Of a stretch of 64,000 bases of DNA, positions 11,018 through 21,461 are shown piece by piece. The translations under genes and the position numbers were made by a program. The stretch covers positions 640,001 to 704,000 of the forward strand of contig CBDDCX010000008.1 in the NCBI GenBank assembly GCA_965226375.1. The letters are read 5' to 3'. The notes under the pieces were generated by a model. That model was not told where the DNA came from, did not search any database, and worked only from the letters and a program-made list of their open reading frames with translations. Origin of the DNA: Longimicrobiales bacterium (GTDB lineage: Bacteria > Gemmatimonadota > Gemmatimonadetes > Longimicrobiales > Gaopeijiaceae). Position 1 is the stretch's first letter, and the number at the start of each line of letters is the position of its first letter.

Positions 11018-11213
11018 CTGCTGAACCTCCTCCGATCAACGAAAGGTCTCCATCCAGACTCAAAAGGTGGCCGGAACCGGGACTCGGCAACCTCGAACCC
11101 CGACCCTTTAGTGCGAGTTCGACTTGGAGCGCGGCCGGCTCCCCCCTTCTCAGGTACCTACAGTGAGCGGTATCGAGCTCCGCGCCCGGCCGTGGGGGGC
11201 GGTGGGCGGCCTG

Positions 11214-12965
11214 TTACGCGCCAATCGCAGCCGTGCCGGTGGGCGCCTGTGCCTTCGGCGACTGGACCTTGGGCGCCCATAGATCAAGGGCCATTCGCAT
11301 GACCACATACAGGACCGCCATCAGGCTCACCAGAATGACGGCAAGGGAGGCGCTCTGCGAAGTGAGGCCCTCACCCCAGAGAAAGTAGGTGCGCTGGGAA
11401 AGCGTTGAAGTCTCCGGCGTTCCCGTCCCCAGAAAGAGCGGCGTGAGCAAGTCCCGCATGCTCGCCATCCAAAGAAGCAGAAACGTCGCCACGGCCACGG
11501 GGCGGATCACGGGAACCGTGATGCGGCGGAGCATGGCGAACGTCCCGGCGCCGCAGGTCCGGGCGGCTTCCTCGAGCTCAGGCCGAATCTGGCCGAGGCC
11601 GTCTCTCAAGTGTTGGACGCCTAGGGGTAGGAACCTCGAGATCTGGCAAATGATGATGATCCAGATCGTCCCGTAGAGGACCAACGGAGGCCGAAGCCAA
11701 GCCCACGCCACGCCCACCACAAAAGCCACGCCCGGTACGGCGATGGGGAACGTCGCAATAAACGAGAGCAGGTTCTTGAGCGGGCCGCGACCCCGAAGGT
11801 CGAGGTAGGCCACAAGCAGAGCGATCACGCCGGTCGCCGCGGACATGATGAGCGCCACCTCGAGAGTGTTCCAGAAGATCTCGTGAAAGACCGGGCTCCT
11901 GAAGTGGTCCAGATAGTGTCGAAGCGTGAGGTTCGAAAAGGCAAAGCTCCGGTAGACGTTCGCCGACAGAGACAGCATGACGAGCGTCACGTATGGGATG
12001 ACGAGCGCGAAGGCGAGCACAGTCAGATTAAAGGCCGCCAGGGGATACTTCATCCAACCCACCTCGATCTGAACCGCCCGGTGTCCCTTGCCGGCGATGA
12101 CCTGGAAGCGGGCTCCGTGGTGCCGACGTGCCACGCGCAGCCCCAGCCACACGGCGAGCCCGGCGGTAACCGCGAAGAACACGGCGATCGCCGCCGACAG
12201 GCCGAGATCCGGAGGCGGCGTGTTGAGGAGCCGGTACAGATAGGTAGCGAACACGTAGATATTGCCCGGCGTCCCCAGAATCGCCGGGATGGAAAAACTC
12301 TCCCACAGGATCACGATCGAGAAGACGACGGCGGTGACCATCGCGGGCGTGACCAGCGGCAGCGTTACCCGCCGCAGCATCTTCCAAGGGGAAGCTCCTG
12401 CGGTGAGCGCGGCTTCCTCATAAGTACTGTCGACGTTCTCCAGGGCGGCGCTCAGGGTGAGATAGAGGTACGGATAGAGAAAGAGCGCGGCGACGAATAC
12501 CATGCTGGACATTGAAAAGGCATTGAACGGCTTTACGCCGAATAGCGCATCCGTCCACCGGTTGAACGTTCCGGCCTGCGGCGACAGCAGCCACGCATAC
12601 GCCATGGCGGTGATCCAGGGTGGATTCACGAAGGCGATGATGCTCGCAGACCGAACCAGGCCGGCGAACGGAGTGCGCAACCGGGTCGTGCTCAGAGCCG
12701 AGATGGCCGCCATCGCCATGCCGAGCACGAGGGCGCCACCGCTGAACACCATGGAATTCTTCATGGCGTCGAGAGGACCCAGTCCCCGGAACACCGAGCG
12801 GTAGTTCTCGAGGGTGAAGCCCGCCTCTCCCCCGAAGCTCCCGACCGCCAGCCACAACATTGGGTAGACCGTCACGATGCTCACGGCCAACAGTCCGAGC
12901 AACACAGCCGGCGTCAGAGGATCTGCCCGCCATAGCCGTTTCAGCGCAGTGATCGCTTTCGACAC
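11214..12965 (-). CDS. ABC transporter permease (FbpB/ThiP-type, duplicated TM domain)
   Basis: Two EAA loops (YEEAALTAGAS, LEEAARTCGAG), many TM helices. Confidence 0.9.
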   Translation of the reverse strand: MSKAITALKRLWRADPLTPAVLLGLLAVSIVTVYPMLWLAVGSFGGEAGFTLENYRSVFRGLGPLDAMKNSMVFSGGALVLGMAMAAISALSTTRLRTPFAGLVRSASIIAFVNPPWITAMAYAWLLSPQAGTFNRWTDALFGVKPFNAFSMSSMVFVAALFLYPYLYLTLSAALENVDSTYEEAALTAGASPWKMLRRVTLPLVTPAMVTAVVFSIVILWESFSIPAILGTPGNIYVFATYLYRLLNTPPPDLGLSAAIAVFFAVTAGLAVWLGLRVARRHHGARFQVIAGKGHRAVQIEVGWMKYPLAAFNLTVLAFALVIPYVTLVMLSLSANVYRSFAFSNLTLRHYLDHFRSPVFHEIFWNTLEVALIMSAATGVIALLVAYLDLRGRGPLKNLLSFIATFPIAVPGVAFVVGVAWAWLRPPLVLYGTIWIIIICQISRFLPLGVQHLRDGLGQIRPELEEAARTCGAGTFAMLRRITVPVIRPVAVATFLLLWMASMRDLLTPLFLGTGTPETSTLSQRTYFLWGEGLTSQSASLAVILVSLMAVLYVVMRMALDLWAPKVQSPKAQAPTGTAAIGA

Positions 12966-12971
12966 CTATGG

Positions 12972-14081
12972 TTACTCGACCGGGTCGCGAGGCAAGAGCA
13001 TCAGGTCCTCGGGCGTCAGCCTCACCTCGACCTCCTCACCCGCGCGCCAGTCGTGTTCGTCGGAGTCCCTGGCTTGCAGCATCAAGTCTCCGATTTGCAC
13101 CTGACAATCGACTTCGTCTCCAAGGAAAGTGACGCGGACGATCCGACCCGGCAGCGTGTCCGACTCCCCTGTCCCGTCCGGGGCCCGGCGCAGCCCCACC
13201 CGACTGGGCCGCACGGCCACCCAGACCCGCTGTCGCGCGGCGCCTTCCCCCTTCACGATGACCGAACGGCCGGTTCCGGCCAACTCGACCTCGACACTCC
13301 CGGCGGTTGGCACGGCGACGATCTCGCCTGGGAGGCGGTTCGAGACGCCGAGGAAATCGGCGACAAAGGGGTGCTCGGGGTCCGAGAAGATCTCCCGCGG
13401 CGCCCCCTGCCTCAGGATCTGCCCCTCGCGCATGACGATCACGTGATCGGATAACGCCATGGCCTCGGCTTGATCATGGGTCACGTAGATGGCGGTCAGA
13501 CCGAGCCGCTGCTGAACGTCCCGCAGCTCGAAGCGCATCGCCTCGCGCAGCCGGGCATCGAGATTGGCCAGCGGCTCGTCGAGCAGGAGCACGCGCGGGC
13601 GGTAGACCAGCGCGCGCGCGAGGACGACCCGCTGCTGCTGTCCCCCGCTCAGCTCTGAGGGATAGCGGTCCTGGTAGCCATCCATCCCCACGCTGCGGAG
13701 CACCTCGACGACCCTGGCACGACCTTCCGTTCGGTCGTCGGACCTCTTCTGGTTGAACTGGAGCGCCAACGCCACGTTCTCGAAGACGGTGAGGTGAGGC
13801 CAGATCGCGTAGGACTGGAACACCATTCCGACAGCCCGCTTTTCGACGGGCACGGTCTCGCCCGTCGCGCCATCGTGAACCACCTGGTTTCCGATCAGAA
13901 TCCGACCGGCCGACGGCGTTTCGAGCCCGGCGATGCAACGGAGAATGGTCGTCTTGCCACAACCGCTCGGTCCCAGCAGCGTCACGATCTGACCTTCATG
14001 AGCGGTCAAGGAGACGCCGTCGACCGCACGGGCGCCTGATCCGAACTCCTTCGTCAGGCCCTCTACTCTGACCTCGGCCAT
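12972..14081 (-). CDS. ABC transporter ATPase (FbpC/PotA-type, TOBE domain)
   Basis: GPSGCGKT, LSGGQQQRV, LLLDEP. Confidence 0.95.
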   Translation of the reverse strand: MAEVRVEGLTKEFGSGARAVDGVSLTAHEGQIVTLLGPSGCGKTTILRCIAGLETPSAGRILIGNQVVHDGATGETVPVEKRAVGMVFQSYAIWPHLTVFENVALALQFNQKRSDDRTEGRARVVEVLRSVGMDGYQDRYPSELSGGQQQRVVLARALVYRPRVLLLDEPLANLDARLREAMRFELRDVQQRLGLTAIYVTHDQAEAMALSDHVIVMREGQILRQGAPREIFSDPEHPFVADFLGVSNRLPGEIVAVPTAGSVEVELAGTGRSVIVKGEGAARQRVWVAVRPSRVGLRRAPDGTGESDTLPGRIVRVTFLGDEVDCQVQIGDLMLQARDSDEHDWRAGEEVEVRLTPEDLMLLPRDPVE

Positions 14082-14182
14082 CTAGAGGACGCGGACGGAG
14101 ATCGTGGTGCCTACGAGGCCGGCGGGCCGGAAGAAGAAGACGCCGTGGCCCACGTCAACGATCGACCGGTGGCGGACCCGTC

Positions 14183-15256
14183 TCAGCGGGGGAGAGATCG
14201 CCACAACCGAATGATCCGCTCGCGGTTCTCGTTGAACGTCTCGGCGTCGATGGAGACCGGATCCAGGTCTTCCAGCTTCGGAAACCCCTCCGGGGGCGTA
14301 ACTCCCGAGATCACCGGATACGCTCTCAGCCTCTGTGCGACACCCTCCTGGTGTGACTGCGAAAGCAGGAAGTTCACGAACAGCCGCGCGGCGTTGGGAT
14401 GAGGTGCGAGCTCGGGCACGCTCGCCGAGTACGTATCGACCTTCGTGCCCTTCACCCAGTGGTATGCCAGTGGAGCGCCCGCCTGGATCTGCGCCGCCGG
14501 CGATGTCTGGCTGATGGGTCCCAGAAGCCGCTCGCCCCGAGCGATGAAGTTGGCGGCCTCCACCTCTCGATCGGTCTCGAGGAGGTCGTTCGCCGTGAAG
14601 CTCCTGAGCCAGGCCATGCCGTACATTCGTTCCCAGATAAAGATCAGCCCCACGATGTTCGAGGAGTTCTCGGGGCTCCCCATCGCGATCTTACTCCGGT
14701 ACTTGGGATCTGCGAGGTCCTCGTAGGTGTCTGGCAGCTCGCTCTCGGCGATCAGGTCCCGGTTGTAGACGATGGGGACGACGAGGGCCACCGTGGGGTG
14801 CGCCCCCGGTGTCCGCCCACCGTGGCGCTCGGCATAGCTGGTCTCGTTCGGGACCGTGAACTCGGCCATCCGCTCGTCGGCCGGCACGCTCGCGGCGATG
14901 CTCGATTCGACCTGGAGCACGTCGGCCAGATGCGCCCCCGCCGCCACCTCGGTCAGGTAGGTCTGGAGCGTCGGCGCCGACCCACCCTTCCGGCTGTAGT
15001 TCACGCGGATCCCGGTCGCCTCCTCGAAGCGGCGGAACAGGTCCGCGTCGACCGACTCCGGGAACACGCTCCGCACGTGGACCTCGCCCTCGGCCTTCGC
15101 CGCATCGACGATCGCCTGCCACGAATCGTCGCCGGTAGCGATTTCCTGCATGAGTGCCGCTTCGTCGGCGCCCCCGGTCGTCCTCTCCCCTGCTCCACAG
15201 CCGATCGCCGCGAGGGGGATCAAGACGAGCAGGCCGAGTCTCACGCTCATGAGCAC
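14183..15256 (-). CDS. ABC substrate-binding lipoprotein (AfuA/FbpA-like fold)
   Basis: Lipobox AIGC; AKAEGEV, YNRDLI...PDTYEDL, APHPNAARLFVNFLLS. Confidence 0.88.
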   Translation of the reverse strand: MLMSVRLGLLVLIPLAAIGCGAGERTTGGADEAALMQEIATGDDSWQAIVDAAKAEGEVHVRSVFPESVDADLFRRFEEATGIRVNYSRKGGSAPTLQTYLTEVAAGAHLADVLQVESSIAASVPADERMAEFTVPNETSYAERHGGRTPGAHPTVALVVPIVYNRDLIAESELPDTYEDLADPKYRSKIAMGSPENSSNIVGLIFIWERMYGMAWLRSFTANDLLETDREVEAANFIARGERLLGPISQTSPAAQIQAGAPLAYHWVKGTKVDTYSASVPELAPHPNAARLFVNFLLSQSHQEGVAQRLRAYPVISGVTPPEGFPKLEDLDPVSIDAETFNENRERIIRLWRSLPR

Positions 15257-15264
15257 TCCGTGTC

Positions 15265-16128
15265 TCAGCCGTCGAGGCCGAGCAGGCGTGCCGCGTTCTC
15301 GCCCAGACAGCGACGGCGAATCTCCTCGCTGTCGAAGTCGAGCGCCGTGAACTGCTCGACACTTTGCTTTAGCGGACGCACCGGGTAGCTGCTACCGAAG
15401 AGCAACCGGTAGCTCAGGAAGTAGTTCGCCGAGCGTACGTATTCCTCCGCGCCCGGCGTGTTGGGAATGTGGCCGTAGAAGTCCGGAATCAGGTGGACGT
15501 TGGGGTTCTGGAACGCGACACCGCACATCTGCGTCGTCCACGGCCAGCCCGCATGGGGCACCACAATCTTGAGTTCATTGAAGCGACGGGCGACCCTCTG
15601 GATGTGAACCGGATGGCAGTACATCATGTCCGGCCCCACGAAGATGCTGCTGGTGATGGAGACGATCAGCCCATCGCTCATGCACTTCTCGTAGATGGGA
15701 AAGAGCGTCTCGTCGTCGTCGTAGAGCGGGGGATCACACCACCCATTGTCGAGGGCTACCCCCTTGAACCCCATCGCACGGCAGCGATCGATCTCCTGCA
15801 GGGCCTCCTCGGTCTTGGTGCCATTGATCCCCCCGAAGGCAACGAACCTTCCGGGATCCGCCTCGACCAGCTCGGCCAGCTCTTCGTTGGGAATCCATCC
15901 GTAGGGATCGGGCGACTGCCGCCCCATCACCACACCGACGTCGATCTTGGCCTCGTCCATCTCTTCCACAAACGCCTCGATCGACCTCTCCTCGTACGAG
16001 CGATAGCTCGGCATATCGAGGCGCAGTCCACTCACCGCCACCGGATCCGGGTTGGGCGGCCGCGGACGGTAGAGGTGAAGGTCACAGAAACCCTTGAAGG
16101 GAGGACGAACCCGGAAGTCAACGATCAC
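15265..16128 (-). CDS. Amidohydrolase_2-family protein
   Basis: VIVDFRVRPP, FVAFGGI, GFKGVAL, FPIYEKC, IVVPHAGWP, LLFGSSYP, GENAARLL; GTG start after AAGAGG. Confidence 0.85.
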   Translation of the reverse strand: MIVDFRVRPPFKGFCDLHLYRPRPPNPDPVAVSGLRLDMPSYRSYEERSIEAFVEEMDEAKIDVGVVMGRQSPDPYGWIPNEELAELVEADPGRFVAFGGINGTKTEEALQEIDRCRAMGFKGVALDNGWCDPPLYDDDETLFPIYEKCMSDGLIVSITSSIFVGPDMMYCHPVHIQRVARRFNELKIVVPHAGWPWTTQMCGVAFQNPNVHLIPDFYGHIPNTPGAEEYVRSANYFLSYRLLFGSSYPVRPLKQSVEQFTALDFDSEEIRRRCLGENAARLLGLDG

Positions 16129-16361
16129 GGTCGGCAGCCTCTTGTAGGGAATCACCGAGCTGAGTCGTGCGTTTTCGAGAGCGCACCGGGCTCGGCTGGT
16201 CTGTCGTTAAAGCGAGGAGCTATTGTATTCGTGAATCGCCGATCGTCACCCGCCGATCGGTCGGCTACATGTTAGCAGGCGGTCGGAACGTCCAACAGGG
16301 AATGACGCAGAGCAAGGAGCGTCCTGCTCCGGAGCACCGACCCTTCACCCGGTGGAGAACC

Positions 16362-17156
16362 ATGCCCGTCATCGACTTTCGCGCTCGCCCCAACACCGAA
16401 CAGTACATGAGCATGTATCCCGATGCGGGTCCCTGGGCGCGCTTCTTCCACTGTTCCAGGCCTCAGCCCGTCTCCTTGGCCGCGTTTATCCAAGCCCTGG
16501 ACGGGGTCGGACTCTCTCGGGCCGTCTTCACCGGGCGGCAGACGCCGGTCAACACCCTCAGCAATGACTACGTGCACGAGTGTGTGCAGGCCTACCCCGA
16601 CCGACTATTCGGATTTGCCGGTATCGACCCCACCAAGGGTGAGGCGGCGGTGCGGGAGATCGAGCGCACCGTCACCGAACTCGGCATGAAAGGGATCTCC
16701 ATCGATCCCCATTCCTCCAAGCGCACGCCCGACGACGACATCTGGCATCCGCTCTACGACAAGTGCACGGAGCTGGGAGTGCCCGTCATCGTCACCATGG
16801 GCCCCATCGTCGGGAAGTGGGCGCCGCCGATCAGCATCGACAACGTTGCCGAGCAGTTTCCGAAGCTGACGATCGTCTGCTCGCATGGAGTGTGGCCACA
16901 GGTGACCGAACTGATCGCGCTCGCCTACAAGTACGACAACGTTTATCTGGAAGCGTCGATCTACGAATTCCTTCCCGGCGCTGAGCCGATCTTTGAGGCT
17001 GCCAACACCATCCTGCAGGACAAGGTCATCTACGCCAGCGGGTTTCCATTCCGGCCCCTCGCCGACTTGCAGCGTTTCCTTGAGTATCCGTTTGCCCCGG
17101 AGGTCGTGGAGAAATTGGTGTACGGCAATGCCGCGCGGGTGTTGAAAATCGAGTAG
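16362..17156 (+). CDS. Amidohydrolase_2-family protein (paralog)
   Basis: MPVIDFRARP, YPDRLFGFAGIDP, HPLYDKC, IVCSHGVWP, YASGFP, GNAARVL. Confidence 0.85.
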   Translation: MPVIDFRARPNTEQYMSMYPDAGPWARFFHCSRPQPVSLAAFIQALDGVGLSRAVFTGRQTPVNTLSNDYVHECVQAYPDRLFGFAGIDPTKGEAAVREIERTVTELGMKGISIDPHSSKRTPDDDIWHPLYDKCTELGVPVIVTMGPIVGKWAPPISIDNVAEQFPKLTIVCSHGVWPQVTELIALAYKYDNVYLEASIYEFLPGAEPIFEAANTILQDKVIYASGFPFRPLADLQRFLEYPFAPEVVEKLVYGNAARVLKIE

Positions 17157-17255
17157 GGTGGGGATTAGGGCCGGTCAGCAAAGCCCCGCGCCGATCCCCA
17201 ACGCGTGTGGCGCGGTGCTCAGTCGACCGCCGTTCATGTGTCGGTTGGGCCCTTT

Positions 17256-18023
17256 TCAACGAACGTAGCTCGCTCCGTTCACATCGAGAGTCGCGCCAGT
17301 GAGGTGGCGGCACCTCCCGGATGCGAGGAAGACCAAGAGCTCAGCCAGTTCGCTGGGCGGTACCCACTCGCCCATCGCGAGACCGGCGGTTACAGCCGGT
17401 TCTCCACCCATCCGTGCCGCCGACTGCTCCGACATCTCGGTGCGAACCACGCCGGGCGAGATGACATAAGCCAGGACGTTGTCGCGAGCGAAGTTACGGG
17501 CGACGGTCTGGGTGGCTGCGCGTATCGCCGCCTTGGAGGCTGCGTAGGCCATCAGATCCGCCACCGAGCTCCCGCGCTGACCTACCCAGCTACCCATCGT
17601 CACGATGATGCCGCCCCCCATTTCGCGGAAATGGCGCACGGCGTTTCGCAGCAGCCGCGCGGGGGCAAGGACGTTGACTTGCATGGACTCGGACCAGACT
17701 CGGTCCCAGTCTTCGTCACTCGCGTCGATCCCACCCTCGAAAAGCAGCGTGGCCGCGTTGTTCACGAGCACGTCGATCCGGCCGCGCCATGCCATGGCCT
17801 CCGACCAGAGCGCGTCCGCGGCCTCGGCCTGCGAGAAGTCCGATCGAACGAGGAGCTTGCGGTCGCTGGGGAGGTCGGCCGTTGCCTGCTCCGCCCCCTC
17901 CTCGTTCCCGTGATATTGGGCGATCAGGTAGCAGCCCTCGCGAGCCAGCGCACGAGCGCATGCGGCGCCGATCCCGGTGGAAGCGCCGGTCAGGAGTATG
18001 GTCTTGTCGCGCAGATCATCCAT
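17256..18023 (-). CDS. Short-chain dehydrogenase/reductase
   Basis: TGASTGIG, LVNNA, YAASK; ATG after GGAGG. Confidence 0.93.
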   Translation of the reverse strand: MDDLRDKTILLTGASTGIGAACARALAREGCYLIAQYHGNEEGAEQATADLPSDRKLLVRSDFSQAEAADALWSEAMAWRGRIDVLVNNAATLLFEGGIDASDEDWDRVWSESMQVNVLAPARLLRNAVRHFREMGGGIIVTMGSWVGQRGSSVADLMAYAASKAAIRAATQTVARNFARDNVLAYVISPGVVRTEMSEQSAARMGGEPAVTAGLAMGEWVPPSELAELLVFLASGRCRHLTGATLDVNGASYVR

Positions 18024-18073
18024 GATCGCACCTCCGCGGCCCTCCGGCCGAGCCGACTCCTGCCGGGGCTTGC

Positions 18074-19189
18074 TCACCCCCGCTGTAGCTCAGCGCGGCG
18101 CCGTAGGTAGAAGGCGTACGAGAACGGCAGGATGCCGTGTGGGTCTTCCAGACCGAGCTCTCGGGCCGCACGATACGCCCAGTTCGGGTCGGCGATGAAC
18201 TCGCGGGCGATCGCGATAAAGTCGGCCTGGCGGTTCTGTAGGACCTCTTCGGCCTGCCTCGGCTCGGTCAACATGCCGACGGCAACGGTCGCGATGTCGG
18301 CGTCCCGTCGCACGGTTTCCGCGAGTGGAACCTGGAATCCGGGCGGCGGCAGCTTATTCGTCATGGATACCGAGCCGAGGAGGCCCCCGGACGAGCAGTC
18401 GATCACATCCACGCCCGTCCCTTTCAGAGCACGCGCGAGCGCCACCGTATCCTCCACGGTGATCCCACCGTCCACGCCGTCTATGACCGAGGCGCGATAG
18501 AACAACGGTCGCTCTTCCGGCCACACCGACCGGATGGCTTCGGCCACCATGACGGGAAACCGTATGCGGCGCTCGCGGTCCCCCCCGAACTCGTCCGCCC
18601 GTTGGTTCGACAGCGGGGAAAAAAAGCTGTGCAGCAGGTACCCGTGGGCTCCGTGGATCTCCACGAAGTCGAATCCGGCTTCAAGGGCGCGCAGCGCCGC
18701 CGCACGAAAGGCCTCCACGATGTCCGCAATCTCTTCCGTTTCGAGAGGCCGCGGGGGCGGCCACCCTTCGCGAGCGGGGAGCGCGCTGGCGCCCACGGTC
18801 TCCCACGCCGGGTCACCCTCGGCCGGAAGTGGACCCCCTCCATCCCACGGCCGCGCCGTGCTCGCCTTCCGGCCCGCGTGATTCAGCTGGATGCCCGAGG
18901 CCACACCGTGTGCTCGGTACGTGTCCGCGATCCGCCGAAAATCCGGAATCTGATCGTCCTCCCAGATCCCGGTGCACCCGGGCGAAATGCGGCCGTCGCG
19001 GGTCACCCCGGTGGCCTCGACCACGGCCGCCCCCACCCCGCCCAACGCGAACCGGGAGTGGTGAGCGAAGTGCCAGTCCTGGGGCCGGCCCTCGACGGCA
19101 TGGTACTGGCACATCGGCGAGACCATGATGCGGTTGCGGAACGTCAGGCCTCGGATGGAGAGAGGCGAGAAGAGCATCGGTTGCGTCAT
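18074..19189 (-). CDS. NADH:flavin oxidoreductase (old yellow enzyme, YqjM/XenA-like)
   Basis: NRIMVSPMCQY, IQLNHAGRKAS, EIHGAHGYLLHSFFSP. Confidence 0.93.
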   Translation of the reverse strand: MTQPMLFSPLSIRGLTFRNRIMVSPMCQYHAVEGRPQDWHFAHHSRFALGGVGAAVVEATGVTRDGRISPGCTGIWEDDQIPDFRRIADTYRAHGVASGIQLNHAGRKASTARPWDGGGPLPAEGDPAWETVGASALPAREGWPPPRPLETEEIADIVEAFRAAALRALEAGFDFVEIHGAHGYLLHSFFSPLSNQRADEFGGDRERRIRFPVMVAEAIRSVWPEERPLFYRASVIDGVDGGITVEDTVALARALKGTGVDVIDCSSGGLLGSVSMTNKLPPPGFQVPLAETVRRDADIATVAVGMLTEPRQAEEVLQNRQADFIAIAREFIADPNWAYRAARELGLEDPHGILPFSYAFYLRRRAELQRG

Positions 19190-19196
19190 GCCGCGC

Positions 19197-20183
19197 TCAG
19201 CCCTGGCCCGCCCCCACCGCGGCGAAGTCGGACGCCGCATCGAGGTCCGACGCCGCATCGAGCTCTTCCATCAGCGCATCCAGTTCGTCCATGAACTTCA
19301 CCAGCCGCTCCCGTCGCTCCAGCCCCTCCTCGCCGAGTTGTTCGAACGTCGTCAACGGGGGCCGGACGTCGCCGACCGGGCACCCCGCAGCCGCCGCGAG
19401 CGCCTTGGAGTAACACTGATGTCCGTAGGTCGGATGCCCTTCGGCGATGACGTGGTCCATGGCGTTGATGAGCCGCTGAACGCGCTTGGCATCCTCGATC
19501 CGTCCCTCTACGAGGAAGTCCCAGATGCGATGCGAGGCGCGGGGGATGTAGTTCCCATACGGATTGACGTAACCCACCGCTCCGAGCAGGAAGGACTCGA
19601 CGATCCGCTCGCCGGCGAAGACGGACATCCGGCCCTCGGTCTCCTCGACGATGTCGTGGACCCGGGCGATGTCCATGCTGGCTTCCTTGATGTACTGAAC
19701 GTTCGGGAAGGCTCGGACGAGGCGACCGACGAGCTTCGCCGACATGTCGACGTTCGACGTCACCGGGTTGTTGTAGAGCATGATCGGCAGCGACGTCGCT
19801 TCGCAGATGGCCTGGTAGTAGCCGAAGATCTCGTCTTCGGTGGGGGTGTAGTAGTAGGGCGGGATGATCATCAGGCCATCGGCACCCAACTCCTCCGCCT
19901 CCCTACTGTACCGGGCCGCGCGGGGCGTGTAGGCGTTCATGCTTCCCACGAGCACCGGTATGCGGCCGGCCACATGGCTCACCGTGGCCTCGATAAAGCT
20001 GGAGCGCTCCTCGTCCGAGACCGTGAGGAACTCGCCTGTGGTGCCGAGAATGATGATGCCGGGCACATCAACGTCGAGCTGCCAATCGAGGAAGCGCGCC
20101 CATGCCGACAGATCGATCGCGGAGCGGTCTTCCGTGAAGGGGGTGACGGTGACCGTGTAGCTGCCTCGGAATTGCTTGCTCAT
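19197..20183 (-). CDS. DapA/NAL-family lyase (copy 1)
   Basis: LGTTGEF, IIPPYY, MLYNNP, YIKEAS Schiff-base Lys; ATG after AGGAG. Confidence 0.9.
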   Translation of the reverse strand: MSKQFRGSYTVTVTPFTEDRSAIDLSAWARFLDWQLDVDVPGIIILGTTGEFLTVSDEERSSFIEATVSHVAGRIPVLVGSMNAYTPRAARYSREAEELGADGLMIIPPYYYTPTEDEIFGYYQAICEATSLPIMLYNNPVTSNVDMSAKLVGRLVRAFPNVQYIKEASMDIARVHDIVEETEGRMSVFAGERIVESFLLGAVGYVNPYGNYIPRASHRIWDFLVEGRIEDAKRVQRLINAMDHVIAEGHPTYGHQCYSKALAAAAGCPVGDVRPPLTTFEQLGEEGLERRERLVKFMDELDALMEELDAASDLDAASDFAAVGAGQG

Positions 20184-20302
20184 GATGGCTACTCCTGATG
20201 GAATCCAGCCGTCGTTTCGCCCCCTCCACCGTGTCGCTGGCGTCGCGAATCGTGCTGGTGTATTGATTCGTCCCATGGTAGCCATCGCATCCGTCCGACA
20301 CC

Positions 20303-21454
20303 ATGCGTGAGACCCACCGTACGGACGTTCTGATCGTTGGTGGGGGCCTCGCGGGATGCGCAACCGCCTACTACCTGGCCAGCGAGGGGGTCGGGGTTTC
20401 CCTGATCGAGCGTTGGGACCTCAACACGCTGCAGTCGGGGTGCAACTCCGGGAGCCTGCACGCTCAGATTCCACACGAGCCGTTCATTCAATATGGAGAT
20501 GAGTGGACGGAAGCCTACGCGCGGACGATCCCTCTCTTGCGCGAGTCCATCTCTCTCTGGTCCGGCCTCGGCGAGGAGCTCGGCTCGGACCTCGAGGTAG
20601 CGATTCGTGGTGGGCTGCTGGTCGCCGAAAACGAGACGCAGCTGCGAGACATCGAGCGCAAGGCATCCATCGAGCGCGCACACGGCCTGTCGGTCGAGTT
20701 GCTGTCCCGCAGCGCACTCTTGGAGTTGGCACCCTATCTGAATGAGAGCCTGTACGGTGGTGCCTACTGCCCCACTGAGGGCAAGGCCAACCCACTCCTT
20801 GCGACGCCCGCCTTCGCGCGCGCCGCCGAGGCCTGTGGTGTGGACATCAGGTGTCGGACGGAGCTCCGCAGTCTCGAACTTACGCGCAGCGGGTTCAGGG
20901 CCGAGACGAGCGGGGGCGTGTTCGAGGCCCAGCGCGTAGTGAATTGTGCGGGGACCTATGCGCCGCAGGTCGCCCGGATGGTTGGGCTCTCGATCCCGAT
21001 CGATGGGCACCCCATTCAGGTCAGCATCACGGAACCGGTGGCGCCGTTGGTGCCGCACCTCGTGTACTCCGCCAGCGAGAAGCTGTCGCTGAAGCAGGCC
21101 GCGAGCGGCGGTGTGATGATCGGAGGGGGGTGGCCGGCCAGGTACGACCCGATCACTGGTCGGCTTGCGGTGGATCCCGCCTCGCTTAGAGCCAACCTGC
21201 AAGTGGCACAGGCGGTGGTGCCCGCGGTTTCCACCCTTCAGTTGCTTCGCACGTGGCCGGCAGTGGTGAGCGGTTCCAAGGACTGGAAGCCAGTGCTCGG
21301 GGAGGTACCGGGCGTTCCGGGGTTCTTCATGAATGCTATTCCATGGCTTGGTTTCACGGCCGGCCCGATCGCTGCGCGGGCGGTGGCCCGGCTGCTCATG
21401 GGTCGGGACCCCGCGGTTGATGTGACGGCCTTCTCACCCGGTCGCTACCGCTAG
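20303..21454 (+). CDS. FAD-dependent oxidoreductase, DadA/SoxB/OoxB-like beta subunit (copy 1)
   Basis: DVLIVGGGLAG, SGCNSGSLHAQ, LRTWPA, GFTAGP. Confidence 0.88.
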   Translation: MRETHRTDVLIVGGGLAGCATAYYLASEGVGVSLIERWDLNTLQSGCNSGSLHAQIPHEPFIQYGDEWTEAYARTIPLLRESISLWSGLGEELGSDLEVAIRGGLLVAENETQLRDIERKASIERAHGLSVELLSRSALLELAPYLNESLYGGAYCPTEGKANPLLATPAFARAAEACGVDIRCRTELRSLELTRSGFRAETSGGVFEAQRVVNCAGTYAPQVARMVGLSIPIDGHPIQVSITEPVAPLVPHLVYSASEKLSLKQAASGGVMIGGGWPARYDPITGRLAVDPASLRANLQVAQAVVPAVSTLQLLRTWPAVVSGSKDWKPVLGEVPGVPGFFMNAIPWLGFTAGPIAARAVARLLMGRDPAVDVTAFSPGRYR

Positions 21455-21461
21455 GCGGCTC

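Noticed and set aside
11065..11110. CTCGAACCCCGACCC looks like a reverse tRNA T-arm (possible att scar)
   Set aside because: No complementary T-stem or acceptor stem can be formed
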